Origin: an uncultured Enterobacterales bacterium
GTDB taxonomy: Bacteria; Myxococcota_A; UBA796; UBA2385
Assembly: GCA_964502005.1 (NCBI GenBank)
Contig: CAZCUX010000027.1
Location: forward strand, 30,219 to 94,218
Direction of reading: 5' to 3'
Length of the DNA stretch: 64,000 bases
Part shown: positions 17,573-27,289 of the stretch, one piece after another
How the letters are laid out: every line of letters begins with the position of its first letter
How positions within the stretch are numbered: position 1 is the stretch's first letter
Made by a program: the position numbers and the translations under genes
Notes under the pieces: generated by a model
Database searches by the model: none
Told to the model about the DNA's origin: nothing
Seen by the model: only the letters and a program-made list of their open reading frames with translations

Positions 17573-17624
17573 GTTCCACGGGGAACACCCCAACATCGAC
17601 GAAGCGTTCCACGGGTGTTCCACG
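17573..17624. promoter_or_regulatory. three direct copies of GTTCCACG
   Basis: GTTCCACG occurs at 17573, 17606 and 17617. The first copy is part of the palindrome TGTTCC-ACGG-GGAACA (17572-17587). The region lies in the 340-nt gap between the RT and the UbiB-like gene. Confidence 0.35.
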
Positions 17625-17827
17625 CCGCGTGCGAGGCAACCCCTGGCGTTCCGATGCGGCCGTCCGAAATAGATGTTTTTACGAACGACCGCTTCCTTTC
17701 GCCCCTGCGGGGGGACGGCGGCCCGAGAATCGTTTAGGCCAAGCAGCGCGCGCGCGGTGCGTCGAAGCGCGGACCTTGTGGGCAAACCACTCGCGTCCAA
17801 CGGCCCATAGCGCGCAGGTTTTGAACG

Positions 17828-19540
17828 ATGGCCGCCACCTCACGTCCGTGGGTGCGGCGGCCCAGGGGAGTCCCCAACGTGCGATTTGTCCGTCCTGTGG
17901 TGCAAACCGTCTCCGACGTTACCGGCCGGGTCCGCGACCTCAACCGGCTACAAGAGGTCGCGCGGGTTCTCGTGGGCCACGGTCTCGGAATGTTGGTCGC
18001 CGGCCTCGACATTCCCGGCATTCGTGCGGTGGGGCGCACCTACGAGTCCACCCCCGAGCGCCTGAAAAATGCGCTGGAGCACCTCGGCCCGACCTATGTG
18101 AAGCTGGGACAGGTGATGTCCACGCGGCCCGACATTCTGCCTGCGTCCTACATCGACGCACTGCAGGAGCTACAAGACGACGTGAAACCCATCGCGCTCG
18201 AAGACGTTCAGGTGCAGCTCGACCAAGAACTCGGCCCCAACTGGAAAGACCACCTCGCGTGGTTCGACGAGACCCCCCTCGCGACGGCGTCTATCGCCCA
18301 AGTACACCGCGCACGGCTCATTGACGGCACAGACGTCGTTCTCAAGGTGCAGCGCCCGGGCATCGCCCCCAAAATCCGCTCCGACCTCAATATTCTCAAC
18401 ATCTTGGCGCGACGGGCGTTGGTGGAGTATCCCGAGGCCAAAGCATTCGACCCCGTGGGCGTTCTCGACGAGTTTGAGCACTCCATCCTCTCCGAGCTGG
18501 ACTTCGCGCAAGAAGCCAAAAATATGGACCGCGTCGCCCGAAACTTTGGCGACGCAGATTTTGTGCGGGTTCCCAAGGTTGTCGCCGCGCTTTCGGGACG
18601 AACGGTGCTGTGCATGGAGTTTCTCGCGGGCCACAAAATCCGTGACGCCCGCGATGCCGGCTACGACATGAAGGTCGTCGGCGAACGCTACCTCCGCGTC
18701 GCCTACGACATGCTGTTCCAGCATGGGTTCTTCCACGGTGACCTACACCCCGGCAACGTCGTCGTGCTGCCCAACGAAGTCATCGGCTTGCTCGACTTCG
18801 GCATGGTCGGCCGCATGACGCCGGAGATGCGCAACAACATCATCTCCATCATCTTCGCGCTGCAACGCGGCGACTACCGAACCATCGCGCGATTGTTCTA
18901 CGACATCGCCATCAAAGAGGACCGGGTCGACTTTCAGGCGGTAGAGACTGCCACCATCGACATCATGGAGCGCCATTGGACCGGCAACTCCGTCCGCGAC
19001 ATGCAGCTTGGTCCATTCGTGGTCGACCTGGCCGCCGCCGCCGCGCGTCACGGCGCAAAAGTGCCGCGCTCCTATACGATGTTCTTCAAGGCCATCCTGA
19101 CGAGCGAAGGGCTGTCCAAGACGCTGATTGAAGAGCTGGACCCCATCGCCGCCGCCGAGCCGTACATTCGGGCGCACCTTCGAGACACCTTCGGCGAAGA
19201 GCGGCTCCAGCAGGACGCTTTTTACCATTTTGTCACGTTGTCGTCGTTGGGACGGCGACTCCCCACGGTGGCGTCACAGGTACTCGACGACATCGAGCGC
19301 CAGCAGCTTCGCTTCGACAGCCGCGACCCCGACCGTCCAGAGACACTACGACGCATCGACAACATGGTGAATCGGACCATCACCGCAGCCATGACATTGG
19401 GTGCATTTGCTTGCGGCACCGCCCTCCTCGTAGGCAACTCGCTATCGTTGTTCCAGTTTGTGCTGTCGATTTTGTTTTATGTCGTCGGCGCCGGTGCCTT
19501 CGCGGTCACCGCGGGGTTGGTGCTTCGGAGCCGGGGCTGA
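17828..19540 (+). CDS. ABC1/UbiB family atypical kinase with a C-terminal TM pair
   Basis: LGPTYVKLGQVMSTRPDILPASYIDALQELQDDV, IAQVHRA and FHGDLHPGNV. Confidence 0.9.
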   Translation: MAATSRPWVRRPRGVPNVRFVRPVVQTVSDVTGRVRDLNRLQEVARVLVGHGLGMLVAGLDIPGIRAVGRTYESTPERLKNALEHLGPTYVKLGQVMSTRPDILPASYIDALQELQDDVKPIALEDVQVQLDQELGPNWKDHLAWFDETPLATASIAQVHRARLIDGTDVVLKVQRPGIAPKIRSDLNILNILARRALVEYPEAKAFDPVGVLDEFEHSILSELDFAQEAKNMDRVARNFGDADFVRVPKVVAALSGRTVLCMEFLAGHKIRDARDAGYDMKVVGERYLRVAYDMLFQHGFFHGDLHPGNVVVLPNEVIGLLDFGMVGRMTPEMRNNIISIIFALQRGDYRTIARLFYDIAIKEDRVDFQAVETATIDIMERHWTGNSVRDMQLGPFVVDLAAAAARHGAKVPRSYTMFFKAILTSEGLSKTLIEELDPIAAAEPYIRAHLRDTFGEERLQQDAFYHFVTLSSLGRRLPTVASQVLDDIERQQLRFDSRDPDRPETLRRIDNMVNRTITAAMTLGAFACGTALLVGNSLSLFQFVLSILFYVVGAGAFAVTAGLVLRSRG

Positions 19541-19562
19541 CCCATCAAACGCCCGCGGCCCT

Positions 19563-19673
19563 GAACCACCATTCATTTGCCGTAAACCAGCCGTGCTGCG
19601 TTGTTCTATGCAAATGCAACGAAGAAAGGCAAAGGAGAACAGACGCGCGAACGCGCGAAATGAATGGCGGTTC
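19563..19673. repeat. long-range inverted repeat in a locally AT-richer convergent intergenic region
   Basis: GAACCACCATTCATTT (19563-19578) matches the reverse complement of AAATGAATGGCGGTTC (19658-19673) at 15 of 16 positions. A tandem ACGCGCGA x2 lies at 19643-19658. The T-rich tract TTCATTTGTTGTTTTTGCTG follows. Confidence 0.6.
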
Positions 19674-19740
19674 ATTTGTTGTTTTTGCTGCGTGCTGGAC
19701 TGTTCTCCTCTCTTCCGTCCCAAATTTCCAGCGCAGCCAC

Positions 19741-20421
19741 TCAGTCACCGATGACGCCGCCGTCTCCATTGACCTCGCCCTCATCAAAATCCGCGACATC
19801 TTCGAGTGACAGGCCCTCTTCACGCGACGCGCGGAAATGCGTTTCAATAGACACGTCCAACGGGAGGGTAACGTCGCCAACGACACATCCAGCCGCGTAG
19901 GTCGTCACGACAACGCCGTTCCGAAGTGCCGTGGCGTCGTCATTGAAGTCAACGAGAATCTGCCGTGAAACGCTGTCTTCGCACACCGACCCGACGAAGT
20001 GATGTGCGCCCAGCACCACATCGAGCGCGCCGTCCGACAACATGCCCCCCATGCGGTCGCCTGCATGACCCGGCGTTTCATCGAGGTTCACCCAGTTCAC
20101 GAGGGGGTGATTGTCTCCATACGGAAGGTCAACGTAAACGGTGCTCCACAAGCCCTCTGCATGGCATCCGGCCTCTTTGTCCCCACAAAACGCCGACAGT
20201 GGAACCGAGACGCCACCCACGTCGAGGGTGACGTCTTCGCCCGGCGAGGTCTCGGCGACCACGTCCCTGTCCACCGTAACCTGCCACTTTGCCGCGTACT
20301 GGGGCGAAAAGGCGCCGGTGTAGTCGATGTCGCCCTTGGAGAACAAGCCGCCGCCGGAGTCGCCCCCGAGGTCGATGCACGCTACGGAAAGAACGGAAAG
20401 CAGCACGGTGGCGCGGGTCAT
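19741..20421 (-). CDS. hypothetical lipoprotein
   Basis: ATG at 20421 lies 5 nt after GGAGA. MTRATVLLSVLSVAC lipobox. Confidence 0.6.
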   Translation of the reverse strand: MTRATVLLSVLSVACIDLGGDSGGGLFSKGDIDYTGAFSPQYAAKWQVTVDRDVVAETSPGEDVTLDVGGVSVPLSAFCGDKEAGCHAEGLWSTVYVDLPYGDNHPLVNWVNLDETPGHAGDRMGGMLSDGALDVVLGAHHFVGSVCEDSVSRQILVDFNDDATALRNGVVVTTYAAGCVVGDVTLPLDVSIETHFRASREEGLSLEDVADFDEGEVNGDGGVIGD

Positions 20422-20475
20422 GGGGGTCTCCTTCGCTTGAGGGTGGACCCCCGACGCGATGTGCCCCCGCGCCAT

Positions 20476-20772
20476 TCACTCGTGGGGAGTACCGGCTGCG
20501 TCTCGCAGGGCCGAAAGTCGCTCTTCCGCCACGCGTCGCTCGGCGAGGACGGCAACAAGAACAGCAATCACGGCTTGTTCTGGCATACCACGCAGATGGT
20601 GGAGGAGGTCGCTTGCACAGTATTGCAAGCCCACGCGGGTGAGGCCGGGCATATCGAGGGGCGTCGTGAGGTCTCCGCGATACAGCGACCGCAGCAAGGT
20701 TTTCAACGCACTGTCTTCTACGGGGACAAGAGCACGGCCCAATTCAAAGGGACGCGCGGCAGGACGGGACAT
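20476..20772 (-). CDS. small hypothetical protein (99 aa)
   Basis: MSRPAARPFELGRALVPVEDSALKTLLRSLY... has helical, coding-like composition. GGAG lies 4 nt before the ATG. The stop abuts the downstream lipoprotein ORF. The longer 228-aa ORF-track version overlaps mnmG antisense. Confidence 0.4.
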   Translation of the reverse strand: MSRPAARPFELGRALVPVEDSALKTLLRSLYRGDLTTPLDMPGLTRVGLQYCASDLLHHLRGMPEQAVIAVLVAVLAERRVAEERLSALRDAAGTPHE

Positions 20773-20851
20773 AGCTGCTCCATTACGGATGGCCGGATAT
20801 CCGCTCTGCGACGGAAGTGCCGCGTCTCGCAGCGGCCAACGTGGAGTTCCG

Positions 20852-22732
20852 ATGGTTTCACCGTCTCCTGCTTTTGATGCCGATGTTCTCGTACTGGGTG
20901 GCGGCCACGCAGGCGCCGAAGCGGCGGCTGCCGCTGCCCGCATTGGCGCACGCGTAATTCTCGTCACCTTATCCCGCGATGGCATTGGTCGGCTGAGCTG
21001 CAATCCTGCGGTGGGAGGCCTCGCGAAAGGGTGTCTCGTACGCGAAATCGACGCCCTCGGAGGTCTTATGGCGCAAGTGGCCGACCGGGCCACGATCCAA
21101 TTTCGGCGCCTCAACACCCGAAAAGGCCTCGCTGTGCAAGCCAGCCGCGCCCAAGTTGACATCCACCACTACCCGCGCGAAATGCAAGCGGCCCTCGCGC
21201 AGTACCCAAGCCTGACCATCGTAGAAGGGGAAGCACGCGGCATTTTGGTGGAGGACGGCCGATGTCGCGGTCTGCGCCTCGCCGATGGCCGCACGCTCAC
21301 CGCGCGGGCCACGGTGCTCACGACCGGCACCTTCTTGGGCGGCGTGCTGCACCAAGGAGACCAACAAGAGCGCGGCGGACGAATTGGTGAGGCCGTCTCG
21401 GGGGCATTGTCGGAGAGTCTACGCGCCCACGGGGTCACGCTCGCGCGTCTCAAGACCGGCACGCCACCCCGAATCCACGTCGACTCCCTCGACCTCTCCG
21501 CGCTCGAAGTGCAAGGCGACACTGTGCCCATCGGCGAAGCGCGGTTTTCGTTTCTGCCGACCGACACGCGCCTGCCCCAGCGCGACTGCTGGATTGCGCA
21601 CACAGGCCCGAACACCCACACCATCGTGCGGGATGCCCTCGTCCATTCGCCATTGTTCAGCGGCGCGATCACCGGCCGCGGTCCACGCTATTGTCCGTCG
21701 ATTGAAGACAAAGTCACGCGGTTCCCCGACCGGGACCACCACCAGCTCTTCCTCGAACCCGAAGGCCTCGACACCCCGCGGGTGTATATCAACGGCCTGT
21801 CCACGAGTCTTCCGCCAGCGCTCCAAGAAGCCCTGGTACGCAGCATTCCCGGCCTGCAGAACGCGCAGATTCTCCAGCATGGCTACGCGGTGGAGTACGA
21901 CTTCTCCGACCCCCGCGACCTCGGCCCTGACCTCCAGCACAAACGTCTGCCGGGCCTGTATTTGGCGGGGCAGCTCAACGGCACCACCGGCTATGAAGAA
22001 GCGGCGGCCCAAGGGCTTGTGGCCGGCGCTTCCGCTGCCTCGGGCGAGCCGTTGGTATTTGGTCGTGATGAAGCGTACATCGGTGTTCTCATTGACGACC
22101 TCATCAGCCGCGGCGTCGGCGGGGAGCCGTACCGGATGTTTTCGAGCCGGGCCGAGCATCGCTTGTTGCTCCGGGAAGACAACGCCGACCGCCGCCTGAC
22201 CCCCGCGGGACGCGCCCGTGGCTTGGTCGACGACCACCGCTGGGCCGCGTTTTCGGCGAAGGTGGAGGCCATCGCAGCGTTGCAAGCCTGGTGCGAACAA
22301 ACGCCCGTGTTGGCGGATGCGCCTACGCTCGCCCGATTTATCGCGGTCGGGCACGCGCCGCCTCGCAACAAAATAACGGTAGCGGCGTTGTTGTTGCGGC
22401 CCGAGGTGGACTGGTCGGCGCTCGCCCTCCTGGTAGACGACCGCCCGGCCGTTGCGGCGGAAGTAGCGGAGCAAGTGCTGACCGACATCAAATACGCGGC
22501 TTATCTTACGCGTGCGAAGGACCGCGCTGCGCGCACCCGCGAGATGTCGTCGGTGGCCATCCCCCATGATTTTGAGTACCAACACCCCGGCGTCTCCCAT
22601 GAGGTCGCCGAAAAACTGCGAAGCGCGCGCCCGCCCACCTTGGCCGCGGCGTCCCGAATTCCCGGCGTAACACCAGCAGCACTCGACGTTCTCGCGATTC
22701 ATCTCGCCCGACGTTTTGCGGAGGCACCTTGA
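20852..22732 (+). CDS. mnmG: tRNA uridine 5-carboxymethylaminomethyl modification enzyme MnmG (GidA)
   Basis: ATG at 20852 lies 6 nt after GGAG. DVLVLGGGHAGAEAA FAD motif, GPRYCPSIEDK and GQLNGTTGYEEAAAQG. Confidence 0.95.
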   Translation: MVSPSPAFDADVLVLGGGHAGAEAAAAAARIGARVILVTLSRDGIGRLSCNPAVGGLAKGCLVREIDALGGLMAQVADRATIQFRRLNTRKGLAVQASRAQVDIHHYPREMQAALAQYPSLTIVEGEARGILVEDGRCRGLRLADGRTLTARATVLTTGTFLGGVLHQGDQQERGGRIGEAVSGALSESLRAHGVTLARLKTGTPPRIHVDSLDLSALEVQGDTVPIGEARFSFLPTDTRLPQRDCWIAHTGPNTHTIVRDALVHSPLFSGAITGRGPRYCPSIEDKVTRFPDRDHHQLFLEPEGLDTPRVYINGLSTSLPPALQEALVRSIPGLQNAQILQHGYAVEYDFSDPRDLGPDLQHKRLPGLYLAGQLNGTTGYEEAAAQGLVAGASAASGEPLVFGRDEAYIGVLIDDLISRGVGGEPYRMFSSRAEHRLLLREDNADRRLTPAGRARGLVDDHRWAAFSAKVEAIAALQAWCEQTPVLADAPTLARFIAVGHAPPRNKITVAALLLRPEVDWSALALLVDDRPAVAAEVAEQVLTDIKYAAYLTRAKDRAARTREMSSVAIPHDFEYQHPGVSHEVAEKLRSARPPTLAAASRIPGVTPAALDVLAIHLARRFAEAP

Positions 22733-23313
22733 CGACTCCCCTCGATGGCACCGTCCGCGGCCGCACCGACCTCGCGCGGCATGCCGCCGTAGACGCAGCA
22801 CATCTCCGTTTGCTCGAAAAATGGCGCAAGGCCATGGACTTGGTTGGTCCCGGTCCCCTGCAGCCCCATTTTGACGACTGCCGCCAAGCGATTGCAGGCT
22901 TGAATGCCGCAGGCCCTTGGGCCGACTTGGGCAGCGGCGCCGGGTTTCCTGGCATCGCGCTGGCCGGCATGTACCCCGACGCCGACGTTGTCTTGGTGGA
23001 GAGCCGCCAAAAGCGCGCGCTGTTCTTGGACAAGGTCGTCGCAGAGGCCAAGCTGACCAACGCGACCGTGAAGAACCAACGCAGCGAAGACCTCGCCGAC
23101 GGCACCTTCGTCGGGATTGTCAGCCGCGCGTACCGACCGCCGGAGCTGGTGATTGCCGACGCCGAACGCCTCCTTGCGCCCCATGGCCGTCTTGTGCTGC
23201 TGCTCGGAAGTCAGGCGGAAATTGCGGTGCCATCCGGATGGAAGATGGTAGACAAAATCGGCTACAACCTTTCAGACGGCGCGCGCGCGCGAATGGTGCT
23301 CGAGCGAACCTAA
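22729..23313 (+). CDS. rsmG: 16S rRNA (guanine527-N7)-methyltransferase RsmG (GidB)
   Basis: TTG start overlaps the mnmG stop. LLEKWRKAMDLVG and the DLGSGAGFPGIALA SAM motif. Canonical mnmG-rsmG synteny. Confidence 0.9.
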   Translation: MTTPLDGTVRGRTDLARHAAVDAAHLRLLEKWRKAMDLVGPGPLQPHFDDCRQAIAGLNAAGPWADLGSGAGFPGIALAGMYPDADVVLVESRQKRALFLDKVVAEAKLTNATVKNQRSEDLADGTFVGIVSRAYRPPELVIADAERLLAPHGRLVLLLGSQAEIAVPSGWKMVDKIGYNLSDGARARMVLERT

Positions 23314-23322
23314 GGAATTCCC

Positions 23323-25131
23323 TTGCTGGTGCGGCAACACTTCACTCTCCGTGGTTCCCCTACGTCGGTGGACGAGGCGTGGTCCTTGGTGGGGGACACA
23401 GACCAATTGGGTCGTTTGGCCCAAAGTCCGTCGATTCGATTGTCGATGGTGCCCGAGAATCGTTCGTTCACGGAAGTCGGCGGGACGATGGTAGGGCCGG
23501 GGCCGCTTCGTCATTCGTTTGTGGAGTCCCAAGCACAATGGGTCCACCACCGTCGGTTTGAGCTGATTCGGGAAGTTCGCGGCCCATTTATGTGTTTCAC
23601 CCACTACCAAGCATTCTTGGAACCAGGGGACGGGCATGTGGTGCCCGTCATTTCGTTTGAAGCGCGCTTTCACAATACGTTCGCCGGGATGGTTGGCTGG
23701 CCATCCGTACAACGAACGCAAAGGGCCTGGCACGCTGCATTGTCGCGACTGCCGCGCCCCGAGCTTCCCCCTGCGCCTGTGCCGCGTCGCAGCCTGCCCC
23801 CGTTGGTGAAGGGGCTATTGCAATCGTGGCAAAGCCTCGACCCTGCGCATATTGCGGTGGTGCAACGCGTGCATGCGCACCTCGAATCCGCCCGAATGCC
23901 CGAGCTTTCGCGCCTCCGTCCCTGGGCGTTGGCGGATGCATGGGGACTTGACCGAAACCACGTGCTCAATAGCTTTCTCGAAGGCGTATTGGTCGGTGCC
24001 CTAGAGCTGGTGTGGGTCACCCGCTGTCCGCGCTGCGCGGGCCCGGTCGACCAAAGCCCGTCCCTGTCGAATATCGCCGACCACGCAGAGTGCCCGTCGT
24101 GCCGAATCAACGTCACACCGCACTTGGATGAGTCGGTGGAGGTGGTGTTTGCCGCGCACCCTTCGCTGCGCACGTCCGAGCCCGAGCTGTTTTGCACGCT
24201 GTATCCTGCCGAGAACCCCGCAGTACGCGCGATGATGGTGCTCGCGCCCGGCGAGCAACGGACCCTCTCGGTGCCGCTCGCGGCGGGGCAATGGCAGCTT
24301 GGCGCCGGTGGCGACATCGCCGACCAGACGATTGCCGTCGCGCCTTCGGGCCCCGCGGAGCTGTATTGGTCGGCCGAAGGAGCCCCGCCCGCCGTCGTCG
24401 GGGCGGGGGAGGTGACCCTCCACCTGTCCAATCCTACGCCTTATCGCCAGCGCGTGCGTCTTGCCCAAATCGCAGAGGCGGACAACGTCGTAAGCGCGGC
24501 TCGTTTGGCGACACACCCCGTCTTTCGTCAACGATTTGGCCCCCAGGCGCTCGCACCGGACGTTCGGTTGTCTGTTCGCGCGATTGCGGTGGTGTTCACC
24601 GACCTCGCAGGTTCGGCGGCGATGTACGAAGCACACGGCGATGCGACCGCCTTCTCGTTGGTCCATGCCCATTTCGCGCTCCTCGACGAGGCGGTGCGCG
24701 ACTTTGGGGGTGTTCGGGTCAAAACCATCGGTGACGGCTCTATGTCCGTGTTTTTGGACCCCGCGCAAGCGGTATTGGGCACACTCGAGATGCAGCGCCG
24801 TTTTGCTGCGTGGGTGACGACCCTTGACCTCGAAATACCGCCAGCACTGCGAATTGGCATCCATTGGGGGCCTGCTCTCGCCGTGCATACCGACCAATCG
24901 GGGCTCGATTGGTTTGGCGGCACCGTCAACCTTGCGGCGCGGACGGAGAGTCGGTCTCCTCTGGGCGAGGTGACCTGGACGCAGGCCGTCCACGAAGCGC
25001 CGGGTGTAGACGAAGCGTTGGCGCGCGCGGGAGTGGTGGTGTCTACGTTCTCGACACCCGTAAAAGGCATCCGTGAACCCATCGTGATGTATCACGCACG
25101 GCCCATTCTCAACCTCTCCACCCTGGAATGA
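23323..25131 (+). CDS. class III adenylate/guanylate cyclase with a large N-terminal sensor region
   Basis: VVFTDLAGSAAMYEAHGD...VKTIGDGSMSVF...GIHWGPA...FGGTVNLAARTES. The N-terminal part contains CPRC...CPSC (24025-24102). Confidence 0.85.
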   Translation: MLVRQHFTLRGSPTSVDEAWSLVGDTDQLGRLAQSPSIRLSMVPENRSFTEVGGTMVGPGPLRHSFVESQAQWVHHRRFELIREVRGPFMCFTHYQAFLEPGDGHVVPVISFEARFHNTFAGMVGWPSVQRTQRAWHAALSRLPRPELPPAPVPRRSLPPLVKGLLQSWQSLDPAHIAVVQRVHAHLESARMPELSRLRPWALADAWGLDRNHVLNSFLEGVLVGALELVWVTRCPRCAGPVDQSPSLSNIADHAECPSCRINVTPHLDESVEVVFAAHPSLRTSEPELFCTLYPAENPAVRAMMVLAPGEQRTLSVPLAAGQWQLGAGGDIADQTIAVAPSGPAELYWSAEGAPPAVVGAGEVTLHLSNPTPYRQRVRLAQIAEADNVVSAARLATHPVFRQRFGPQALAPDVRLSVRAIAVVFTDLAGSAAMYEAHGDATAFSLVHAHFALLDEAVRDFGGVRVKTIGDGSMSVFLDPAQAVLGTLEMQRRFAAWVTTLDLEIPPALRIGIHWGPALAVHTDQSGLDWFGGTVNLAARTESRSPLGEVTWTQAVHEAPGVDEALARAGVVVSTFSTPVKGIREPIVMYHARPILNLSTLE

Positions 25132-26303
25132 CAATGATGTGGACCTGGGTTTGGTGGGCCTTGGAGGTGCCTCCTGGCATTTGTGTGGCAGACCGACCAT
25201 GTGTGCCGGTGCAGACCTTTCCGGCGGGGAGCAGCCCGTCGGGCGTCGCGATGGAGGTCATCGAGGTCGCGCATACGGCACCCTCCACGGACGAGATGCC
25301 TTCGTCGGAAGACTGCCCGCACCGCTCGTTTTGGAGAACTGGTGGTGGACTTCCTGCGCAGTCGTTCTTGGCGCTCTGCAACGATGGCTATGGCGCGTCC
25401 GGGGTGGGCGAAGACAACGTCACAGTTGGCGAAAATCGCCTGTCACTCAGCCGATACGGGGGTTCAGCATGGCGTTGGGCGAGCGAGTGGACGGTCCAGC
25501 TTGCCCCGCCCCGTTTGCTGTCCACCCGCACGGACAGCTTTCACGCCGCGGCACCCGAGCATACGTCGGTCCAAACGGCGGACCTCGTGCGGGGAGAGTG
25601 GCGCACGACCTGGAGCAGCCCGGTGTGTGGCGGGGACGAGCACTCGTTTTTGTCGATTCCCACCTGGGAGGGCGATGTCCCCAACGCGCGCTTGGGCACC
25701 TGTGCGGCCCACGTCACCGCCGACGCCACCTCCGGCTTTGTGCCCTTTGGCGGTCTTGGTTTGGCCAGCGATGCACGATTTGACGCGCTACTGGTTGGCG
25801 AAACGACCTTGGTAATCGACATTGCCGACGATGTTGTGGTTCCCGTGGCGTCGAGTTGGATTCACGCAGACCATATTGAGCTTTGGCTGAGTCCCCAGTG
25901 GAGTGATGCCCACATGGACTGGGAGTGCGAGACCCCCAACCGCAGCCAGTGGGGCCTATTGTGGGATGGCTCGGTGGTTCCGGGAGTCGGCGCGAGCGGC
26001 GTGCCCCCCACTACCCGTATCGCGCATTTCCCCCAGTACACGCGCGTTGTCGTCACTCTGCCCCCGGATTGGCACGGCATCACGGTGGTGTTTAGCGACA
26101 GCGACACCGTCGATTCGCCCAAACAAGAGCGCCTGCTGGCCACCAGCCCCGTATCGATGAAGCAGGCGCACTCCCTCGGCGGAGTCGCGCGCCTTCAGGC
26201 CACCACTTGTGCCGTGGAGGAGACACCCGAGGGTCCGCGGTTCAACCTCACGCCCAATCTAGAGGCGGTGTTGACGGCGACCGGCGACCTCACAGGCGGC
26301 TGA
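25128..26303 (+). CDS. hypothetical protein
   Basis: Its ATG overlaps the cyclase stop (ATGA). No motif was recognised. Confidence 0.45.
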   Translation: MTMMWTWVWWALEVPPGICVADRPCVPVQTFPAGSSPSGVAMEVIEVAHTAPSTDEMPSSEDCPHRSFWRTGGGLPAQSFLALCNDGYGASGVGEDNVTVGENRLSLSRYGGSAWRWASEWTVQLAPPRLLSTRTDSFHAAAPEHTSVQTADLVRGEWRTTWSSPVCGGDEHSFLSIPTWEGDVPNARLGTCAAHVTADATSGFVPFGGLGLASDARFDALLVGETTLVIDIADDVVVPVASSWIHADHIELWLSPQWSDAHMDWECETPNRSQWGLLWDGSVVPGVGASGVPPTTRIAHFPQYTRVVVTLPPDWHGITVVFSDSDTVDSPKQERLLATSPVSMKQAHSLGGVARLQATTCAVEETPEGPRFNLTPNLEAVLTATGDLTGG

Positions 26304-26321
26304 CCGAACGGAGCGTGACGG

Positions 26322-27146
26322 TCAGAGCATCCAGTACAAGCGGATATAGGGCATCGGCACCACATCCGGCACGGTGGGCGGCTGGGCGCCCCATTCGAGT
26401 GCGAGGGCTTCGAGTTCGCGGAGCACTTCGACGCCCGCATTGGAAATCGAGACGCCCCCCGCGACCCGCACCCGCTCGTAGCCGCGCATAAACGCTACAC
26501 CGCTGTTGAACACGAACGGCGCGACGTTGTCTTCGTCGGTGTCGACGGAGTACATCAGATAGGGGTCGAACCAAAACCGGAGGACTTGTACTTCGCTGAA
26601 CGCGAGGTCGTAGCCAACGTGCAGCGGCAAGGACGTGATGCGCCGCGACAGGTCGAGAGCCGGAGGGTCTGGGAAGTTGGGGTCGGCGCTCGACGGCTCA
26701 ACAGTAGACGACAATCGCTGAATGCTGAACGCGACGCCGGCGTTGAGGCGGCTTCCGACCGCGGGCCCCAGCGAGTAGATGAGGTTGGCGCTCACCGTGC
26801 GCGTCGAGAACGAGTAGTCGGCGAGGCCATCGATTTCGAGGCTGACCGCGTGCTTGTCGTTGGCGAAAGGGGTGAAGCCGATGTTGGCATTGGGCCCCGC
26901 AGCCCACAAATACGCCGTAGAACCCGTCTGGAACCAATCGGTGACACCGTATCGGTAACGACCGGCAATCGAGACGAGGTGTTTGCCTTTCTCCATCGTG
27001 CGGCCCGTGACCTCCAGCTCATTGGCGGTGATGGGCGTGCCGGTTGCAGGCTCACCCCCCACCACATCTTGAGCATGGGCAACACCGGACAAACCGATGA
27101 ACGCGGGAAAAGCACAACAAGCGATAATCTGGAGGAGAGATTTCAC
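26322..27146 (-). CDS. putative outer-membrane beta-barrel protein
   Basis: GTG at 27146 lies 5 nt after GGAG. VKSLLQIIACCAFPAFIGLSGVAHAQ signal peptide. Alternating-hydrophobic strands and an aromatic C-terminus. Confidence 0.5.
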   Translation of the reverse strand: MKSLLQIIACCAFPAFIGLSGVAHAQDVVGGEPATGTPITANELEVTGRTMEKGKHLVSIAGRYRYGVTDWFQTGSTAYLWAAGPNANIGFTPFANDKHAVSLEIDGLADYSFSTRTVSANLIYSLGPAVGSRLNAGVAFSIQRLSSTVEPSSADPNFPDPPALDLSRRITSLPLHVGYDLAFSEVQVLRFWFDPYLMYSVDTDEDNVAPFVFNSGVAFMRGYERVRVAGGVSISNAGVEVLRELEALALEWGAQPPTVPDVVPMPYIRLYWML

Positions 27147-27289
27147 GAAAGCTCCAGCGGGCGACGGGCACCGGAAAGGTGGGCACCCCACCTTGCCACG
27201 GAATTCGGCGGCTCGGACCAACCTACGTATTCCGTCCGGTGTCACGGGTCGACTTTGCGACCATTCCGCGTCGGTCGGGGACCTTGTTT

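Noticed and set aside
21419-22801. 460-aa minus-strand ORF
   Set aside because: It is antisense to mnmG, whose identity is unambiguous.
26300-26325. CTGACCG...CGGTCAG hairpin between convergent genes as a bidirectional terminator
   Set aside because: It is a 7-bp stem with a 12-nt loop and no U-tract on either side. It overlaps both stop codons. The evidence is too weak to annotate.
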